Positions 29,749 to 40,261 are shown, numbered from the stretch's first letter. The stretch is DNA of 64,000 nucleotides from a virus (IMGVR_UViG_3300015615_000196:32001-96000), one strand, 5' to 3'. Notes: generated by a model from the letters alone, not told the origin. Made by a program: numbers and translations.

Positions 29749-29787
29749 CAAATGTACAGATAAATACGCAATGCGCAAGAAAAGGTT
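29749..29787 (-). promoter_or_regulatory. Tandem promoters: AACCTTTT-N11-CGTAT and Bacteroidota TAnnTTTG
   Basis: 29764-29787, and TACATTTG at 29749-29756. Confidence 0.7.
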
Positions 29788-30073
29788 TCAATATTTTTCG
29801 AAAATCTTTTACAAGGTCTTTTTGATGGTACGGACGATCCTCGAAATCACGATACTCACAACCAATACTATGATGCTAATATCCAACCACTTAGGGGCCA
29901 ATTGCCAGTCCCGGACATCCACTTGGGCGAACGAAAACGGCAGGGCAATGGCAAACATGAAGAACAAAAATCGGTACGGCTCTTTGATGGCATCGTACCA
30001 GACATTGAATACAGTGAATGGATTTCTCATAGAAAAAAACGTTGCAGGAGTTACCCTGCAACGTTGGTTATGA

Positions 30074-32356
30074 TTAGAGATTGACTTGCTTCTCAGCCAT
30101 TTCGAACTTGAAGGTCAACTCCTTGCCATCAATCTTCTGGACAAGTGTGTCTTCTTCGAAAGACTTGAATTCAGCAAACCACTTCTTCGATAAAATCAAC
30201 GCAAATTTGATCTGCGCGATTTCTTGAAGAGCAGCCTTACGCTGTGTAGATACGTCAGCGTTTACGGTCTTCAACCAGTTCTCAAGGATTTCATCCTTCT
30301 TCTTCTGGTCTTTCAAAGACGTGTAAATCTTTGAAGTGATTTGAGTGTTGTAGTCCTCAATTGCTGGCTTGAGCAATTCGTCAGCCGGAGTCAACGTCTT
30401 GCCATCTTCCAGTTTCTTGATCACACTGGCAACCGTAGGAATGCTTGAGTACTTGGCAATCTTCGTGTTGAGTTCAACTGCCATGTAGAAGTCTTGACTT
30501 TTTTCAGTCAACATCTTCGGAGCAAATCCGTTGTAGGTTGTGATACCGAGTTCTTTCAACCAAGCCTCTGCTTCCGATCCGTATTTTTCAACGAAACCTT
30601 GTGAGGTCTTAGGGAAGTGTTCCTCATTGAAGTACTTGTAGGCTTTTGCAAGACCTTGAAGTTTCAATAAGTTGAATTCGATTTCTGCAAGTTTCTTTGC
30701 AGAGATTGACTTCACCATCTTTCTGTTGATCACAGGAAGAGCAGAGAAATCAAGCACAACAATTTGATTTGGCAGATAGCTTTCTGCTGAATCAATGATT
30801 CCGTTTGCTTGGAACAATGCGAAAGTTGCCTTCGACAAAGTCACCGGAAGTTTCGTGATGTTCAAGATACCATCCTTGATGATCGTGTAGTTACGGAAGA
30901 TGAACGTATCGATACGCTCAATTCCAAACTTGTTCTTCGGTAAGTTGATGTAACCATCGAAGCGAACGTTGATCGATAAGTTGGCTCTTTCAGATGACCA
31001 CACAAGATTTGAGATCGTGTAACCTTTGGTCTTGTCGTTGTACTCGAACTTGACCGCATCTTGATTGGTCTGTGCAAATGAATCAGTCAAGGCTTTCAAT
31101 TCCTCAACGGTCTTCGCACCTGCAAGCTGTGACTTTTGGCTCTCATTGAGTTCGCCAGTAGATGTTGCTTGCACTTTCTTCGCACCGATTCTCTTGTACG
31201 TGAAGTTTTCGTTCAACGGATAAACAAGAGCATTTTCATCGGCAGTCAAGTCATTGATGAAGTTCATCACGCAGTATGCGTTTTCATCAACAACCAATTT
31301 CTCAACACGGCCTTTCAAGAATTGTTTCGTATTATCGAAGACACATTCCTTCACCATGTTCTTGAAGCTGAACAACTTTTGCTTTCCGTATGCGTTAACG
31401 AACACATCATAAAGGTTCTTGTCGCCCAACACCTTGAACACATCGTCAGCGTAATCGTTTTGAAGTTTTTCCATCAAAACGTAGAGACTGGTGTAAACGA
31501 GTTTGTTGAGTTCAGGTTTGTTCTCGTAGTTAAGTACGAGACCAGTGTTTGCCTTCTCTGCGAACCAAAGAAGTGAGAGAGTGTCTTCTGGTACTAATAC
31601 CTGATCGTCCGTGACACTGTAGAGAATGATTTCGTTGGTGGGTGATACCGTGAAAACGAAATCGAAAATTCTGTTGCTCGGAATGTCAACAAGAATCTTT
31701 TTCGAAGAACCGTAGGTCTTTTGAAGTTTTGCTTCGAAGACTACATCGTAATCATCGAACTGCTCGGCTTCAACCTTCTCACCACCGACAAGTTCTGCCA
31801 TCTTTGCGATTGCATTGCTGTCAGCATAGTAGCCGTATTCAACGAAAGTTGAAGCAGCAAGGTCGCCTTCGAGAGTCTTCAATGACTTCATTACATCCGA
31901 CCAGTTACAGTCGTTGTTACCACCATCAGTCAAGAAGATCAAAGAAAAGACTCCGTCTTTACGGTTCTTTCTGATTCTTCCGATTGCTTCTTTTGCAAGA
32001 ACCAATGGCTTGTTGAATGCTGTCAGACCAACAGGTTTCAAGAAACGGTCGATTGCCGTGTTGATTTCTTGAAGGTTCTTCAAGGTCTTGATCTCAATTT
32101 CTTCCATCAAGATACCAGCTTCACGATTACCTGAGAACCAGATGATCGTTACGGTGTCCTCGTCTTTAACGAGTTTCGGAAGTTTGTTTTTGAGTTGTTT
32201 ACGAATGTATTCAAGGTCGTTTGACATTGAACCTGATACATCAATCACAAAGATGTGATTTGTGGGAAATGATTTGGGTACTAACTGTACCTCTGCGAGA
32301 GTCTTTACGTCTTTGATAGACAAAAAGAACTTCTCATTGAACTTAATGTTCTGCAT
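30074..32356 (-). CDS. Large vWA-domain protein
   Basis: FVIDVSGSM MIDAS, GLTAF and FLTDGGNN; C-terminal ~530 aa unknown. Confidence 0.8.
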   Translation of the reverse strand: MQNIKFNEKFFLSIKDVKTLAEVQLVPKSFPTNHIFVIDVSGSMSNDLEYIRKQLKNKLPKLVKDEDTVTIIWFSGNREAGILMEEIEIKTLKNLQEINTAIDRFLKPVGLTAFNKPLVLAKEAIGRIRKNRKDGVFSLIFLTDGGNNDCNWSDVMKSLKTLEGDLAASTFVEYGYYADSNAIAKMAELVGGEKVEAEQFDDYDVVFEAKLQKTYGSSKKILVDIPSNRIFDFVFTVSPTNEIILYSVTDDQVLVPEDTLSLLWFAEKANTGLVLNYENKPELNKLVYTSLYVLMEKLQNDYADDVFKVLGDKNLYDVFVNAYGKQKLFSFKNMVKECVFDNTKQFLKGRVEKLVVDENAYCVMNFINDLTADENALVYPLNENFTYKRIGAKKVQATSTGELNESQKSQLAGAKTVEELKALTDSFAQTNQDAVKFEYNDKTKGYTISNLVWSSERANLSINVRFDGYINLPKNKFGIERIDTFIFRNYTIIKDGILNITKLPVTLSKATFALFQANGIIDSAESYLPNQIVVLDFSALPVINRKMVKSISAKKLAEIEFNLLKLQGLAKAYKYFNEEHFPKTSQGFVEKYGSEAEAWLKELGITTYNGFAPKMLTEKSQDFYMAVELNTKIAKYSSIPTVASVIKKLEDGKTLTPADELLKPAIEDYNTQITSKIYTSLKDQKKKDEILENWLKTVNADVSTQRKAALQEIAQIKFALILSKKWFAEFKSFEEDTLVQKIDGKELTFKFEMAEKQVNL

Positions 32357-32459
32357 ACTACTACAAATTTTAAATAAAATAATTACAACAAAAATGAATA
32401 AAACAACAGTTTTTTCAGCTACTAATATACACTATTAAATACTGAAAAACAAGTAATAT

Positions 32460-32828
32460 TTACTTTTGTACAAGGAAAAATGCGAAGAAATTCTTGTTGT
32501 TGTCAACAAAAAATTCGTGGCAAATGACGTTCTGTAGTTTTGATGCAATCTTTTCCAAAGATGCTTCCAGTTTTGGTAAGGATGAAGAGTTTTCAAACGT
32601 ACCTACCTTTTTTACAACCAGATCATAATTGGTTGCATTCTTCTTTTCGGAGTAACCGAAGCTAACAAGAAGCGTATTGGATTCCTCCAAGAATTCTACT
32701 CCCACGCTTTTTGCTACGGTTTTAGCACCGTTAAGAAATGATAAGAATTCTTTCTTATCCTTTACGGTTAATTTTCCTTCTGAAAAATTAACCTCGAACA
32801 ATTTGAATTTGTTGTGTACTTGTGACAT
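32460..32828 (-). CDS. Hypothetical protein
   Basis: ORF at the end of the ABC operon. Confidence 0.55.
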   Translation of the reverse strand: MSQVHNKFKLFEVNFSEGKLTVKDKKEFLSFLNGAKTVAKSVGVEFLEESNTLLVSFGYSEKKNATNYDLVVKKVGTFENSSSLPKLEASLEKIASKLQNVICHEFFVDNNKNFFAFFLVQK

Positions 32829-32852
32829 TTTGATTTGAAATTTAAGTTTTAA

Positions 32853-33677
32853 TTATAACATTTTGAATGCCGATTTTATTGTGTTCACTTTCGCCTGAAA
32901 CTCAGGCATTTGGAACACGTTTGGATAGTTCCAAGCGATCCCCTCTGCCATCAAATCTTCCACAGCACGAATGGTCGCACCTTCAATCTTTTTTCCATCC
33001 TGTTCGTACTCATATCCGAGTATCCAAAGGTTGGTTGAGATCGCCACCGTATTCGTAATGTCGTGAGATACAATGATGATCGTATTCAGTTCATTGAGTG
33101 CAGCGATTTCAAGAATGACATCGGACACTTCTCTGATCATATTGATGTCAAGACCCGAAAACGGTTCGTCAAGCAGCAAGAAACTTTCAGAACAAAGAAG
33201 CTGCTGAATGATTGCCACCCGTTGACGTTGACCCCCTGACAGTGATGCAGGGTAAAAATCTTTCTTGTCCGATAACTTGAACTTCTCAAGATACAATGCA
33301 ATTTTGTCCAGTTTGTCTTTCTTTGAAATGTTCAGTTGACTTGTGCCCAATTCCAAGTTGCCTTGAATTGTTCTGTGCATGAAGAGCGGATAGTTTTGTG
33401 CAACAACACCAACCACGCCAGCTTCCACAGGTTTGTTCATCACAGTCACCTTGCCAGTCGTAGGCTTGTTCAAGCCAGCGATAATTTTGAAAAGCTGTGT
33501 CTTCCCACGACCAGATGGCCCCAAGAACCCAACAACTTGTCCGGTGGTAATGTTTGGACGAACCACATCCTTTATTGAAACGTTGATGTCTCTCAGGATC
33601 AATTTATCTCCGTATTGCAATGAGACATCCTCAAGTTTGAGAATTTCAGTATCCAGAATGCTATACTCCTGTTTCAT
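32853..33677 (-). CDS. ABC transporter ATP-binding protein (NitT/TauT-like)
   Basis: GPSGRGKT Walker A, LSGGQRQR signature, LLLDEPF Walker B, VSHD. Confidence 0.92.
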   Translation of the reverse strand: MKQEYSILDTEILKLEDVSLQYGDKLILRDINVSIKDVVRPNITTGQVVGFLGPSGRGKTQLFKIIAGLNKPTTGKVTVMNKPVEAGVVGVVAQNYPLFMHRTIQGNLELGTSQLNISKKDKLDKIALYLEKFKLSDKKDFYPASLSGGQRQRVAIIQQLLCSESFLLLDEPFSGLDINMIREVSDVILEIAALNELNTIIIVSHDITNTVAISTNLWILGYEYEQDGKKIEGATIRAVEDLMAEGIAWNYPNVFQMPEFQAKVNTIKSAFKML

Positions 33678-33844
33678 TTTTTTCTTCTTTTAGTTTGTCC
33701 TTCACAATCGAAAAAACTTCCTTCACAACTTGCTTGGGTACTTTCGATACTGACTTGGCAACCTTCCTGATCACCAGATATACTCCAAGCAGGAACAATG
33801 CGATGATCACCACAAAAATAATTGCTATCGTAGTCCACATATCC

Positions 33845-34630
33845 TTACTTGTTTAGAACCAGTACTGAATATGGACAGAAGCCTCTTCGAACTAACCCCA
33901 ACAACCAGTCAAGGAGAATTCCAACGAGTAATACGATCAAAAGGATGGCATACACTGAATCCAAATGGAACTGCTTGTTCTCTTGGAATAACAGTACACC
34001 GATTCCACCTTCTGCACGACAAAGATTTTCAACCATCGGAAGCATAATCCAAGCGATTGCAAAATTTTGTTTAACGGCTTCAAGGTATTGATCTGCCTTG
34101 CCTAAAATAATCACTTCCCACAAGGTCTTCCACGAACTCATTTTCAGAGTACGGGCGTAGTCAAGTTCTTCCTTCTTCACTTCGAAAATAATTCCGAGAA
34201 ATGAAGTCAGCATGAACACTACGATACAGAACACGAGCAATGTTACCTTGAGTGAATTTGTGTCTGGTGTAATCTCGGCAAAAATGAAAGTCAAACCAAC
34301 GGTAGATAAAAATCTTGCTTTACCTAAAACGTTGATGACCGGATTTAATGCGGGAATGACCCACAACAATGCAACGAACAGAGAAATGATTGTCGAATAG
34401 AAAATTGCTTTGATACACAAACTGGTACTGATCAACAGGTGAGTCAAGAAGTCATGCTTGGCGATCAACGTTGTCGTAGCAGTGTAAATGTCCAGTGGGG
34501 AAGGAACGAATTTGTTTGTGTTAAAGAACCAAAACAACCCCACGACAACAATCCAAAGTGTGACAATCAGGTTCTTATGGGAACCACCGATTGATTTGTT
34601 CGGTGTAAAAAAGTGAAGTAGTGTTTTCAT
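33845..34630 (-). CDS. ABC transporter permease
   Basis: Several TM helices; ELDYARTLKMS (EAA-like loop); AEGGIG. Confidence 0.85.
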   Translation of the reverse strand: MKTLLHFFTPNKSIGGSHKNLIVTLWIVVVGLFWFFNTNKFVPSPLDIYTATTTLIAKHDFLTHLLISTSLCIKAIFYSTIISLFVALLWVIPALNPVINVLGKARFLSTVGLTFIFAEITPDTNSLKVTLLVFCIVVFMLTSFLGIIFEVKKEELDYARTLKMSSWKTLWEVIILGKADQYLEAVKQNFAIAWIMLPMVENLCRAEGGIGVLLFQENKQFHLDSVYAILLIVLLVGILLDWLLGLVRRGFCPYSVLVLNK

Positions 34631-34701
34631 TTTGTCTTTTAAAAGAAGGGGGTGCAGAGAGAAACCCTACACCCCCCATTCAACATAAACCCAAATCGAA
34701 A

Positions 34702-36501
34702 TTAACGTCTGCCCAATTTGATTTCAACACGTCTGTTCTTTGCACGACCAGTCGCAGTTGAGTTATCAGCAATCGGCATGTCTTGTCCGAAACCGTTGGT
34801 AGTAATTTTTGCAGCGAAATCCGCATCTTTTGCAATCAGCCAGTTACGTACAGAGTTTGCACGAGCCTGTGACAGATTACGGTTGTCTTCTGCTCTACCA
34901 GTATTGTCAGTGTGACCGTTGATAGTCACCAAAAGGTTCTCAGCAACAACAAGGTCATTCAACAACTTGTTGAGTGTTTCAGTTGATCTCGGAGAGATCG
35001 TAGCACTACCAGTTTCGAACTCGATAGTTACGGCCTTCGAAGATACAAGGCTTGACATGGTCTCACCTTCTTTGAAAGTCTGCGTACTTGCTACTGTCAT
35101 TTCCGCATTATTCCTGTTGGCATTGTATACCGAAGTCAGGTATGAAAGATCAAGTATGTCCGTGAACGGAGTGTATGTAGGAAGTCTTTCAGGGTACGAT
35201 GCGGTTGCAATGTCACCGAAAGTAGTGTATACGGCTTCGTACTTGTTAACACCACCGTTCAAACCGAAGTAGACGGCATTGTCAGCTAAGTTGAATACAC
35301 GCGAACCACCAAGTTCTACAATGTTACCTTGTGCATCAGAATATTGGAAGCCTTTGAAGTACTTCTCCCATTCCTGTGCGGTAAGGTCACCGTAAAGTTC
35401 GGCAGCTACACCAGTTGCATAAGTAAGTGCTTGTGAGTGTGATTTTACTTGGTCACCACCTAAAGCAGCAGCCAAGATAAAGTTCTCAACTTTCTTACGA
35501 TTGCTTTCCAACCAGTCGCCACAAGCAAGCCATGCGTTCGGCATTTGTGCACCGTAGTCTTTAGTTGAAGCAAGTGAAACAAGTCCACCTTTCTGTTGAA
35601 CTGCGTTTACGTCACCGGGAGTCCATGTTACCACGCCATCAACGACAACAGTAGTATCACGACCAGTACGCTTTCCGTTGATTACAACAGGACGCTTTTC
35701 TTTTTGACCAGCGATGTACAACTTAGATGCAAGAAGATAGTCATCAACTGCAAGCCAGTTTACGGCATTAGGATCGTAAGTAGTAGGATCGTTGTTAACA
35801 GGGATTTGGTTGTCAGAGCAATATTTCATTGCAATGTTCCAGTCACCGTCAAGGATAACACCAGCTACAAGTGAACCACGAAGATTCTGAGGATCACGCT
35901 TTGCAGAAGGACGGCCAAGAAACTTGTCTTCACCGAATGATGCACCACCAGCATAGAATACTTTGATCTGATACTTTTCACCAAGAGTTTTCTTGATGGT
36001 TTCGTTCAAACCAGATGCGAGACCGGGAACACCGTCACCCATCCATGCGATCATGTGGTAACCCTTTCCAGAGTTTACATTGCCTTGCGCATAGTCCTGA
36101 ATGAAGGCATACAGTTGATTAGCTTGCTCAGTACAGTTGTTTTGGGTGATCAACTTGAGTTTCACACCGTGTTCTTCCATGAGCGAACCTTTGGTAGTTG
36201 TGATACCACCGTTTGCGTAAAGGATACCAGATTGAGCGTTCCAGCCCATGATACCTGCACGAATTACACCACCGCCCATGTCCGACACATCGTGTGAAGG
36301 AAGTGCACGGGTAGGTGCGTTTGCGGTCTTGTCATACTCCAACGGAGGAAGATCATTTACCGTTACGACCTGTGATGCTTTGACGGTCTTCGGGATCAAG
36401 CCACTGTCAACGACAACGTACTTCACTCCGTAACCGACTGCGAATACTGAAACTGCGAGTAGCAATTTACTGAACAACGTCAGATTTTTGAAAAACTTCA
36501 T
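34702..36501 (-). CDS. Substrate-binding protein fused to an OmpA C-terminal peptidoglycan-binding domain
   Basis: N-terminal TM anchor; C-terminal IEFETGSA, GHTDNTG, LSQARANSV and NRRVEI. Confidence 0.85.
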   Translation of the reverse strand: MKFFKNLTLFSKLLLAVSVFAVGYGVKYVVVDSGLIPKTVKASQVVTVNDLPPLEYDKTANAPTRALPSHDVSDMGGGVIRAGIMGWNAQSGILYANGGITTTKGSLMEEHGVKLKLITQNNCTEQANQLYAFIQDYAQGNVNSGKGYHMIAWMGDGVPGLASGLNETIKKTLGEKYQIKVFYAGGASFGEDKFLGRPSAKRDPQNLRGSLVAGVILDGDWNIAMKYCSDNQIPVNNDPTTYDPNAVNWLAVDDYLLASKLYIAGQKEKRPVVINGKRTGRDTTVVVDGVVTWTPGDVNAVQQKGGLVSLASTKDYGAQMPNAWLACGDWLESNRKKVENFILAAALGGDQVKSHSQALTYATGVAAELYGDLTAQEWEKYFKGFQYSDAQGNIVELGGSRVFNLADNAVYFGLNGGVNKYEAVYTTFGDIATASYPERLPTYTPFTDILDLSYLTSVYNANRNNAEMTVASTQTFKEGETMSSLVSSKAVTIEFETGSATISPRSTETLNKLLNDLVVAENLLVTINGHTDNTGRAEDNRNLSQARANSVRNWLIAKDADFAAKITTNGFGQDMPIADNSTATGRAKNRRVEIKLGRR

Positions 36502-36565
36502 ACTTTTTTAAGGTTTAAATTGAACAATTAATATATGTGCTTATACGTGTTAAGCCAATCAAAGT

Positions 36566-37555
36566 TTAGTTCTTCTTCAAAAGTTTTGCAAAAGAACTTT
36601 CTTTCGGAACAGATGACAAGATCGAAACCTCGCCAGTAGCACTCGGTACTTCAAGGAACAGACCACCATTGTCTTCGTATTCCTCAAGCAACTTCAAGCC
36701 ATCATCGTTCATCATCTGCTTTTCGATGTCGATGCCATCCATCACACCCTTCGATCTCTTTTCGAAATCGTCAATGAATGCGATCTTCTGCGTTACACTT
36801 TCTTCAAGAGCCAAAAGTGATTCTTGGAAGATACGAGCCTTCTCGTTGTCGGTGCTTGCAAACAGTTCTGCATCCGAAAGACCCTTGTACATTTCACGAA
36901 TGGTTTCGTACTCTGTACGCTTACGCTTGATTTCGTGCTCCAACTTGGTAATTGAGTAGCCCCAATTTTCGTCAAGTTTTTCAAGGAACGTAAGGTTCTT
37001 CTTCATACGATCATAGATCGGCTGATAAAGTTTCACAGACTCATTGTCGCTACTTGCCATGCTTGCAAACAAAGATGCTTGCTCAGTCTTGTTGACACTT
37101 TTTGCAGCTTTTGCTTTGCGCATGTTTTCATCAATGCCTTTTACCAAGTCAGTGATTTGACGTTCGAGTTTTACCTTCTTGCCTTCGATCTTAGTCTTGG
37201 TAACTTGAAGGTTGTGACGCTTCTCTTTCAGGTTTTCGACATACCGATCAAGGTACGACAAGAAATCCATCTTAATGAAGAAACTTGTGATCTTCCGGCA
37301 GATGTTTTTGTAGGTCATGGCAATGAAGTCCGGGTTTTGCAGTACATAGAGTACGACAAAGATCAACGGAATTGTTACCAATGCTGCTGCCCAAATACTT
37401 CCCACAAGAGAAGTAATGTTGTCGAAGAACGAGATCAGGGTTGAGGCAATCTTGTTGAAGAACAAGATACCAAGTCCTGCCAGTGCCACAGGTATACCGT
37501 AACGAACGATTTTTTCCTGCGGTGTGCCACCATTTGCTGAATTAAATCCTTGCAT
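36566..37555 (-). CDS. Membrane-anchored coiled-coil protein (PspA/IM30-like)
   Basis: Two TM helices, then a long coiled coil. Confidence 0.55.
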   Translation of the reverse strand: MQGFNSANGGTPQEKIVRYGIPVALAGLGILFFNKIASTLISFFDNITSLVGSIWAAALVTIPLIFVVLYVLQNPDFIAMTYKNICRKITSFFIKMDFLSYLDRYVENLKEKRHNLQVTKTKIEGKKVKLERQITDLVKGIDENMRKAKAAKSVNKTEQASLFASMASSDNESVKLYQPIYDRMKKNLTFLEKLDENWGYSITKLEHEIKRKRTEYETIREMYKGLSDAELFASTDNEKARIFQESLLALEESVTQKIAFIDDFEKRSKGVMDGIDIEKQMMNDDGLKLLEEYEDNGGLFLEVPSATGEVSILSSVPKESSFAKLLKKN

Positions 37556-37592
37556 AAATTTTTGTTTTAGAGTTATGTTGAATTGGGTACGA

Positions 37593-38246
37593 CTATGCTA
37601 TGTACAAGTTCATCTTTTCGATGTTGCCACGAATATCCGTGACGAAGTCTTCGGCAGCAGCTTCGAATGCTGCTTTCTTGCTTTGCAATGAAAGGGTTTG
37701 TTCATTGATCTCATTGTTGATTTTGAAAATCAACTCTGCGTTTTTGTCTTTCTTATCTCTCAATGCCTGAATTTGTTTTTCAATTTCACCATTTTCTGAG
37801 GTAAGAAGATCGGCCTTCTTTTTCTTGTCGCCAACTTGGGTAGTTAATACCCCATTGATCTCATTGGTAAACCCTGATACTTGAGAATTAATCAGGTCTA
37901 CATATTTCTGGCCAGTTTCAAGCAAACGTGCTTTGGTCAAGCCTTGTGCTTGAAGGATTGAGAACACAGTCGTGAACTTGATGTTCTCCGGGATTTGTTG
38001 TCCTGCAAGATTTTTCAGTGCATCGGTGAACTCCTGAAAATCAGGGCCAGCGAAATTACCTTTCTTGTAGACTTCGTTCAAAAATTCAGTGAACTCGTTT
38101 TTCTCGGTCTGAGTTACTGTTACTGCTCCGTTTACGAGATTGTTAACGTTGCTCGGAGTTGCTGCTTTGTGAGTCGGTTTCGCCAATGGCTTCTTTTCTT
38201 CTACTGGCATTTCTTCGCTCTTCACAAAAAGGTCTTTCAGGCCCAT
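37593..38246 (-). CDS. Coiled-coil hypothetical protein
   Basis: First gene of the ABC/OmpA operon, after TAAATTTG. Confidence 0.6.
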   Translation of the reverse strand: MGLKDLFVKSEEMPVEEKKPLAKPTHKAATPSNVNNLVNGAVTVTQTEKNEFTEFLNEVYKKGNFAGPDFQEFTDALKNLAGQQIPENIKFTTVFSILQAQGLTKARLLETGQKYVDLINSQVSGFTNEINGVLTTQVGDKKKKADLLTSENGEIEKQIQALRDKKDKNAELIFKINNEINEQTLSLQSKKAAFEAAAEDFVTDIRGNIEKMNLYIA

Positions 38247-38306
38247 AATTGTCGTGTTTTAGAGTTTTGACTTCGTTTTTGTTACACAAATTTAGTAAGA
38301 TAATTT

Positions 38307-39506
38307 TTATCTCCTACTTTTGATGAATATTTTTTTCACAGCCTGTTTAAAGGCTTCGTTCAATTCTTCATCGTCATCAATATCGTTATTTACGACCCAA
38401 TAGGCCAGCCCGACATTGATAATAAGCGTTAAGACATAGATTATGATGATCTGAGTTATGGTTGGCTCAATGTTAAGGTAGTCGAAATCGTGGAAGTCTT
38501 TACGCTTCCATTCGAACTTAACTTCATCGTCAATCATGTCAATGATCTGGTTTAAATCGAGTTTTTGTTCGTCCTCAATTCTATGCTTGATCTTCACCTT
38601 CACTTCGGTCTTTTCAGTCCATGAGAAAGTATGACCCCACATAATATTTTTGTCGTGGTCAATTCCAACACATACCACGATCTCATTCATGTTACCACCC
38701 TGCCAGTATCTTTCCTGAACAAGTCCTGCTTCTCTTGGTTGATCGGTGAAGACCAGAAGGTATACACGCACTTGTTTGCTTGCACCCATTCTTGAGTTGA
38801 GAACTTGCAGTCGTTGTGCAGCAGAATTATCGTTATAGCCCAACAACACTTCTTGGTGAAACTGTCTTACGACCGGAGGATAATCGAAAGGCTTGTATTG
38901 CTTGATCTCCATGCTATCCAATTCTTGGAAGTGGAAAATCGAATGGGAAGCCTTCGGACGATTCTCGTATGATTCAGATTCGGCAACTGGTTCAAGTGTT
39001 TCATCTTTATTGTCCCACTTGGTCGAATACATGTCACCATCAATTGAATGGTAGTGACGGTTCATGTCCACGAATTGCTTTCCTGTTCCGAATTGTGCAA
39101 CCAGTTCATTGTACCTTGTCTTGCTGATACCGTAGTCGCTCAATGTTGTGATTGCTTCCCAATGTTCGGGGTGATAATCAACATCGTAAGGGTGCATGTG
39201 ACCACAGACATATGTCGTACACGATCTGGTTTTTCCACTACCACTGCAACGTGTGCAGTATATTGGATGTCGGCACGATACTCGTTCATCCCATGCTTCA
39301 TAGAAGCGAACTTCCGTCACATATCCACCCAACCATTCTTCGTCAGCAGTAAGCGAGTGAACGCAGATTGCTTTGGCAATGAGTACCATGATCACAGTAG
39401 TCACTATCGGAATGATTATCTCCCACCAAACCACTTTCTTGTGGTAGAAACTCAGCAAAATGATTGCTGAAATGATTGGTATGAGGAATGCTAAGTAAAC
39501 GGCCAT
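38307..39506 (-). CDS. Membrane protein (possibly TPM-domain-like)
   Basis: Two N-terminal and one C-terminal TM helices; YWQGGNMNEIVVCVG. Confidence 0.55.
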   Translation of the reverse strand: MAVYLAFLIPIISAIILLSFYHKKVVWWEIIIPIVTTVIMVLIAKAICVHSLTADEEWLGGYVTEVRFYEAWDERVSCRHPIYCTRCSGSGKTRSCTTYVCGHMHPYDVDYHPEHWEAITTLSDYGISKTRYNELVAQFGTGKQFVDMNRHYHSIDGDMYSTKWDNKDETLEPVAESESYENRPKASHSIFHFQELDSMEIKQYKPFDYPPVVRQFHQEVLLGYNDNSAAQRLQVLNSRMGASKQVRVYLLVFTDQPREAGLVQERYWQGGNMNEIVVCVGIDHDKNIMWGHTFSWTEKTEVKVKIKHRIEDEQKLDLNQIIDMIDDEVKFEWKRKDFHDFDYLNIEPTITQIIIIYVLTLIINVGLAYWVVNNDIDDDEELNEAFKQAVKKIFIKSRR

Positions 39507-39676
39507 TTTGTTATCGTTGTTTAAATGTGTCGCAGGACTCCCGATTCTCCACCTGCTTAACCTTGGTGAAAACTCCCTTCATGTTTTCGTTTTGGATTTT
39601 AACACACATAGTGCGCTACCGACAGTGTAAAGGTTAAAATTTTTGGATCGTATCTTAATATGACACACTTAATGAC

Positions 39677-40216
39677 TTACTTCTTTTCAAACAAGTCAGT
39701 ATCGTCATCTTTGCCAGTCTCGAAGGCTTTGTCAGTACGTGTGCTGGTAACGATGTTAAGTTCCGGCAGTACATGGCCACCAAGTGTGCTAACAAAAAAT
39801 CGACTTGGGAAAAGCGTGAGCAGGTTCTTCATTTCATTGTGAATCGAAATGAGTTTGCTTTGAACCATTGTAAATTTCGTTCGATACGTTTCGATGCTGA
39901 TCATCAAAGTCTTGTAGAGCGATGCATCGAAATTGGGATTGGACTCCGTGATCCACTTCATCATTTCTCCACCGTAATTGCGGGAACTCATGATTCGTGA
40001 ATAGTTCTTTTCGAAACTCTCAGAATATTGATCTGTCACCCCGGCTTGTTGCTTGAGGATTTTCCACATTTCATCGTGGACGAGTTTGTCTTGTTCGACT
40101 TGAGCCTCATACAGGTTGTTGAGGGTTACGTACTTGTTGTCGTAAACGAAGTACATGATTACACCAGTGAGGCCGATGAAGGCAGCAATGATGATAGCGA
40201 TAAGCGATTTATTCAT
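39677..40216 (-). CDS. LemA-like membrane-anchored protein
   Basis: N-terminal TM helix, helical body, FPSRFF. Confidence 0.5.
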   Translation of the reverse strand: MNKSLIAIIIAAFIGLTGVIMYFVYDNKYVTLNNLYEAQVEQDKLVHDEMWKILKQQAGVTDQYSESFEKNYSRIMSSRNYGGEMMKWITESNPNFDASLYKTLMISIETYRTKFTMVQSKLISIHNEMKNLLTLFPSRFFVSTLGGHVLPELNIVTSTRTDKAFETGKDDDTDLFEKK

Positions 40217-40237
40217 AATTTAGCGTTGTTTTCAGTT

Positions 40238-40261
40238 ATACGTAAGTTTCTGGAAAAGGTT
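40238..40261 (-). promoter_or_regulatory. AACCTTTT-N11-CGTAT promoter
   Basis: Motif copy upstream of the LemA-like gene. Confidence 0.7.

Noticed and set aside
30074-32356. TROVE/Ro60 partner for the Y-like RNAs
   Set aside because: The vWA domain is N-terminal here, whereas Ro60 has an N-terminal TROVE domain and C-terminal vWA; no TROVE motifs recognised
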